NCBI GenBank assembly: GCA_963783385.1
Contig: CAWANJ010000002.1
Span: forward strand, 128,001 to 192,000
DNA length: 64,000 nucleotides
Direction: 5' to 3'
Origin: an uncultured Gemmatimonadales bacterium
GTDB lineage: Bacteria; Gemmatimonadota; Gemmatimonadetes; Palauibacterales; Palauibacteraceae
In this document: positions 61,957 to 64,000 of the stretch, one piece after another
Layout: the number at the start of each line of letters is the position of its first letter
Position numbering within the stretch: position 1 is the first letter of the stretch
Program-made: the position numbers and the translations under genes
The notes under the pieces: generated by a model
Told to the model about the DNA's origin: nothing
Seen by the model: only the letters and a program-made list of their open reading frames with translations
Databases searched by the model: none

Positions 61957-63006
61957 ATGCTGGTCGTAATGAAGCACGGCGCGAGCCGGGAGGAGATCGA
62001 CCGGGTCGCCGACACGATACGCGAGATGGGCTACGACGCGGAGCCCATCCCCGGGCGCCAGCGCACGGCCGTGGGGCTGGTCGGAAACGACGGCCGGGTG
62101 GACGATGGCCGGCTCCTGACGCTCCCGGGGGTGCTGCGGGTCATCCACGTCTCGCAGCCCTACAAGCAGGTGAGCCGGGAGTGGAAGCCCGACGACACCA
62201 CCTTCGAGCTGGCGAACGGCGTGCGCATCGGGGGCCGGGACATCGTCCTCATCGCCGGCCCGTGCTCGGTGGAGTCCGAGGAGCAGATCCTCCGGACGGC
62301 GCGTCGCGTGCGTGCGGCCGGGGCCACGATCCTGCGGGGTGGCGCCTTCAAGCCGCGTACCTCGCCCTACTCCTTCCAGGGGCTCGGACGAGAGGGCCTG
62401 AAGCTCCTGGCCCTGGCGCGGCAGGAGACCGGCCTGGCCGTGGTGACCGAGGCCCTGGACGCCGAGGGCGTGGAGCTGGTGGCCGAGTATGGAGACATCA
62501 TCCAGATCGGCGCGCGCAACATGCAGAACTACGCGCTCCTCCGGGAGGCGGGCCGGGCCGGCAAGCCCGTCCTTCTCAAGCGGGGCATGTCGGCCACCAT
62601 CAAGGAGCTGCTCCTTGCCGCGGAGTACATCCTGCTCGAGGGGGAGTCCCGGGTGATCCTGTGCGAGCGCGGCGTCCGCAGCTTCGACCACCACGCCCGC
62701 AACCTCCTCGACCTGACCGCGATCCCCAGCGTCAAGGAGCTCTCGCACCTGCCGATCATCGCGGACCCGGCGCACGGTACGGGACACCGGGACAAGGTCC
62801 CGCCCATGGCCCGGGCCGCGGTGGCGGCCGGCGCGGACGGCATCATGGTGGAGGTGCATCCAGACCCGGCCTCCGCCCTCTCCGATGGGGCCCAGTCGTT
62901 GACCCCGGACCAGTACGACGACCTGGTCGTCGAGGTCACGGCCATCGCACGCGCCCTCGGGCGGGGCATCGTCCGGCCGGCCGAGTCGGCGGTCGCCGGG
63001 GGCTGA
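61957..63006 (+). CDS. aroF: DAHP synthase (class I-beta, with ACT-like N-terminal domain)
   Basis: IAGPCSVES, GGAFKPRTSPYSFQG, QIGARNMQN, LLKRG, CERG, DPAHG, SDGAQSL. Confidence 0.95.
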   Translation: MLVVMKHGASREEIDRVADTIREMGYDAEPIPGRQRTAVGLVGNDGRVDDGRLLTLPGVLRVIHVSQPYKQVSREWKPDDTTFELANGVRIGGRDIVLIAGPCSVESEEQILRTARRVRAAGATILRGGAFKPRTSPYSFQGLGREGLKLLALARQETGLAVVTEALDAEGVELVAEYGDIIQIGARNMQNYALLREAGRAGKPVLLKRGMSATIKELLLAAEYILLEGESRVILCERGVRSFDHHARNLLDLTAIPSVKELSHLPIIADPAHGTGHRDKVPPMARAAVAAGADGIMVEVHPDPASALSDGAQSLTPDQYDDLVVEVTAIARALGRGIVRPAESAVAGG

Positions 63007-63014
63007 TCGCTCCC

Positions 63015-63395
63015 GTGGTCGATCCGGCCCGCCGGGCTCGCGAGCGGGCCGTCCGGGGCGAGGCCCTGGCGGTCGAGCACCTGCGGGCCGCGGGTCTCGA
63101 GATCCTCGCCCGGAACTGGCGCTCCGGGCGGTGCGAGATCGACGTGGTCGCCCGCGAAGGCCCGGTCGTGGCGTTCGTGGAGGTGAAGACCCGCGGCGAG
63201 GGACCGCAGGCTCCGCTGGAGGCGGTCGACCGCCGGAAGCGCGCCCGGGTCCGTCGCGCGGCCGAAGCCTGGATTCACCGTCATCCGGGGATCGGAAGGG
63301 AGTTCCGATTCGACGCCGTCGGCGTCCTTCTCGGCCCCGGCAGCCGCGTTCGCCTCGAGCACGTGCGCGATGCCTTCAGGGGAGAGGACGCGTGA
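63015..63395 (+). CDS. yraN: YraN (UPF0102) family predicted nuclease
   Basis: GE..A, ARNWR, EIDVV, FVEVKTR, RFDAV, HVRDAF. Confidence 0.9.
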   Translation: MVDPARRARERAVRGEALAVEHLRAAGLEILARNWRSGRCEIDVVAREGPVVAFVEVKTRGEGPQAPLEAVDRRKRARVRRAAEAWIHRHPGIGREFRFDAVGVLLGPGSRVRLEHVRDAFRGEDA

Positions 63396-63485
63396 GCCGC
63401 GGCGCGGCTTGCGGGATCCGCGGGAGGGCCCGTACCGACGGCCCTCCCGGCGGGGCCGCCCGGCCGGACCGTCGCATCGGGACGC

Positions 63486-63514
63486 TTGCAGCGCCCGCGT
63501 CCGATCCGTACCAT
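63486..63514 (+). promoter_or_regulatory. Promoter for SRP RNA
   Basis: TTGCAG (63486-63491) - 17 nt - TACCAT (63509-63514), immediately before the RNA. Confidence 0.6.
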
Positions 63515-63516
63515 GA

Positions 63517-63622
63517 AGGGCGCCCCAGGCCCGTGGGACTCCGAACGCGTGAACCCCGTCAGGACCGTGAAGGTAGCAGCGGTAAGCGTGCGAAGGTCGC
63601 CACGGTGAGTCTGGGGCGTTCT
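63517..63622 (+). ncRNA. ffs: Signal recognition particle 4.5S RNA
   Basis: Terminal stem GGGCGCCCCAGGC/GTCTGGGGCGTTC; domain IV core GTCAGGACC..GGTAGCAGC; usual position upstream of dnaX. Confidence 0.88.
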
Positions 63623-63668
63623 CGCATCCCGCCGGTCCTCGCTCTCGCCCCCAGCATCGGTTAGAAGC

Positions 63669-64000
63669 GTGTCCCGCGCCGCACTCGCCCGCACACACCG
63701 TCCCCGGCGCTTCGAGGAGCTGGTCGGCCAGGACGCCGTCGCGCGCACGTTGCGCGCCGCGGTCGAGGGCGGTCGCGTGGGGCACGCCTACCTGTTCTGC
63801 GGCCCCCGCGGCGTCGGCAAGACCACGGCCGCCCGCATCCTCGCCATGGCCCTCAACTGCCCGAACCGGGAGGGTGGCGAGCCGTGCGGGACCTGCCAAT
63901 CGTGCGAACGGATCTGGTCCGGTCGGACCTCGCTCGATGTCGTGGAGATCGACGCCGCCAGCCACCGGGGCGTGGACGACGCGCGCGAGCTGCGGGAGAG
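63669..64000 (+). CDS. dnaX: DNA polymerase III subunit gamma/tau, 5' part (runs off window)
   Basis: My translation from GTG 63669: ALARTHRPRRFEELVGQ, HAYLFCGPRGVGKTTAARILA, CGTCQSC, DVVEIDAASHRGVDDAREL. Confidence 0.96.
   Translation, partial: MSRAALARTHRPRRFEELVGQDAVARTLRAAVEGGRVGHAYLFCGPRGVGKTTAARILAMALNCPNREGGEPCGTCQSCERIWSGRTSLDVVEIDAASHRGVDDARELRE

Overview
Very GC-rich bacterial chromosome segment. Gene content and order suggest Gemmatimonadota (inference). It is mostly housekeeping: SF1 helicase (partial), dtd, ltaE, recA-recX, alaS, gmhA, CCA-adding enzyme, rarA, hflX, pdxJ, ispE, tRNA-Gln(TTG), prs-rplY-pth, membrane pyrophosphatase, rpsF-rpsR-DUF2232-rplI, DAK2/DegV fusion, rsfS, two SPOR proteins, smc, aroF, yraN, SRP RNA and dnaX (partial). 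Two accessory blocks interrupt familiar gene orders. (1) A visibly AT-richer ~2.5 kb cassette between recX and alaS encodes a secreted 6-Cys peptide whose cysteine spacing matches the potato carboxypeptidase-inhibitor knottin, a membrane-anchored DsbA-like oxidoreductase and a beta-propeller lipoprotein. This is the best candidate for an undescribed system. (2) A ~22.5 kb block between tRNA-Gln and prs carries a heavy-metal RND pump preceded by a RAPP-motif leader protein, YyaL, PilT, a sugar dehydrogenase, a BlaI/M56-TonB module with two operators, two MscS channels, FtsH and otsB/otsA. A perfect 25-bp inverted-repeat element with G-quadruplex-capable arms lies after dtd. Four genes appear frameshifted by one extra G, most likely sequencing errors. 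No integrase, transposase, CRISPR array or rRNA was seen. All calls are by-eye motif recognition; no database searches were run.
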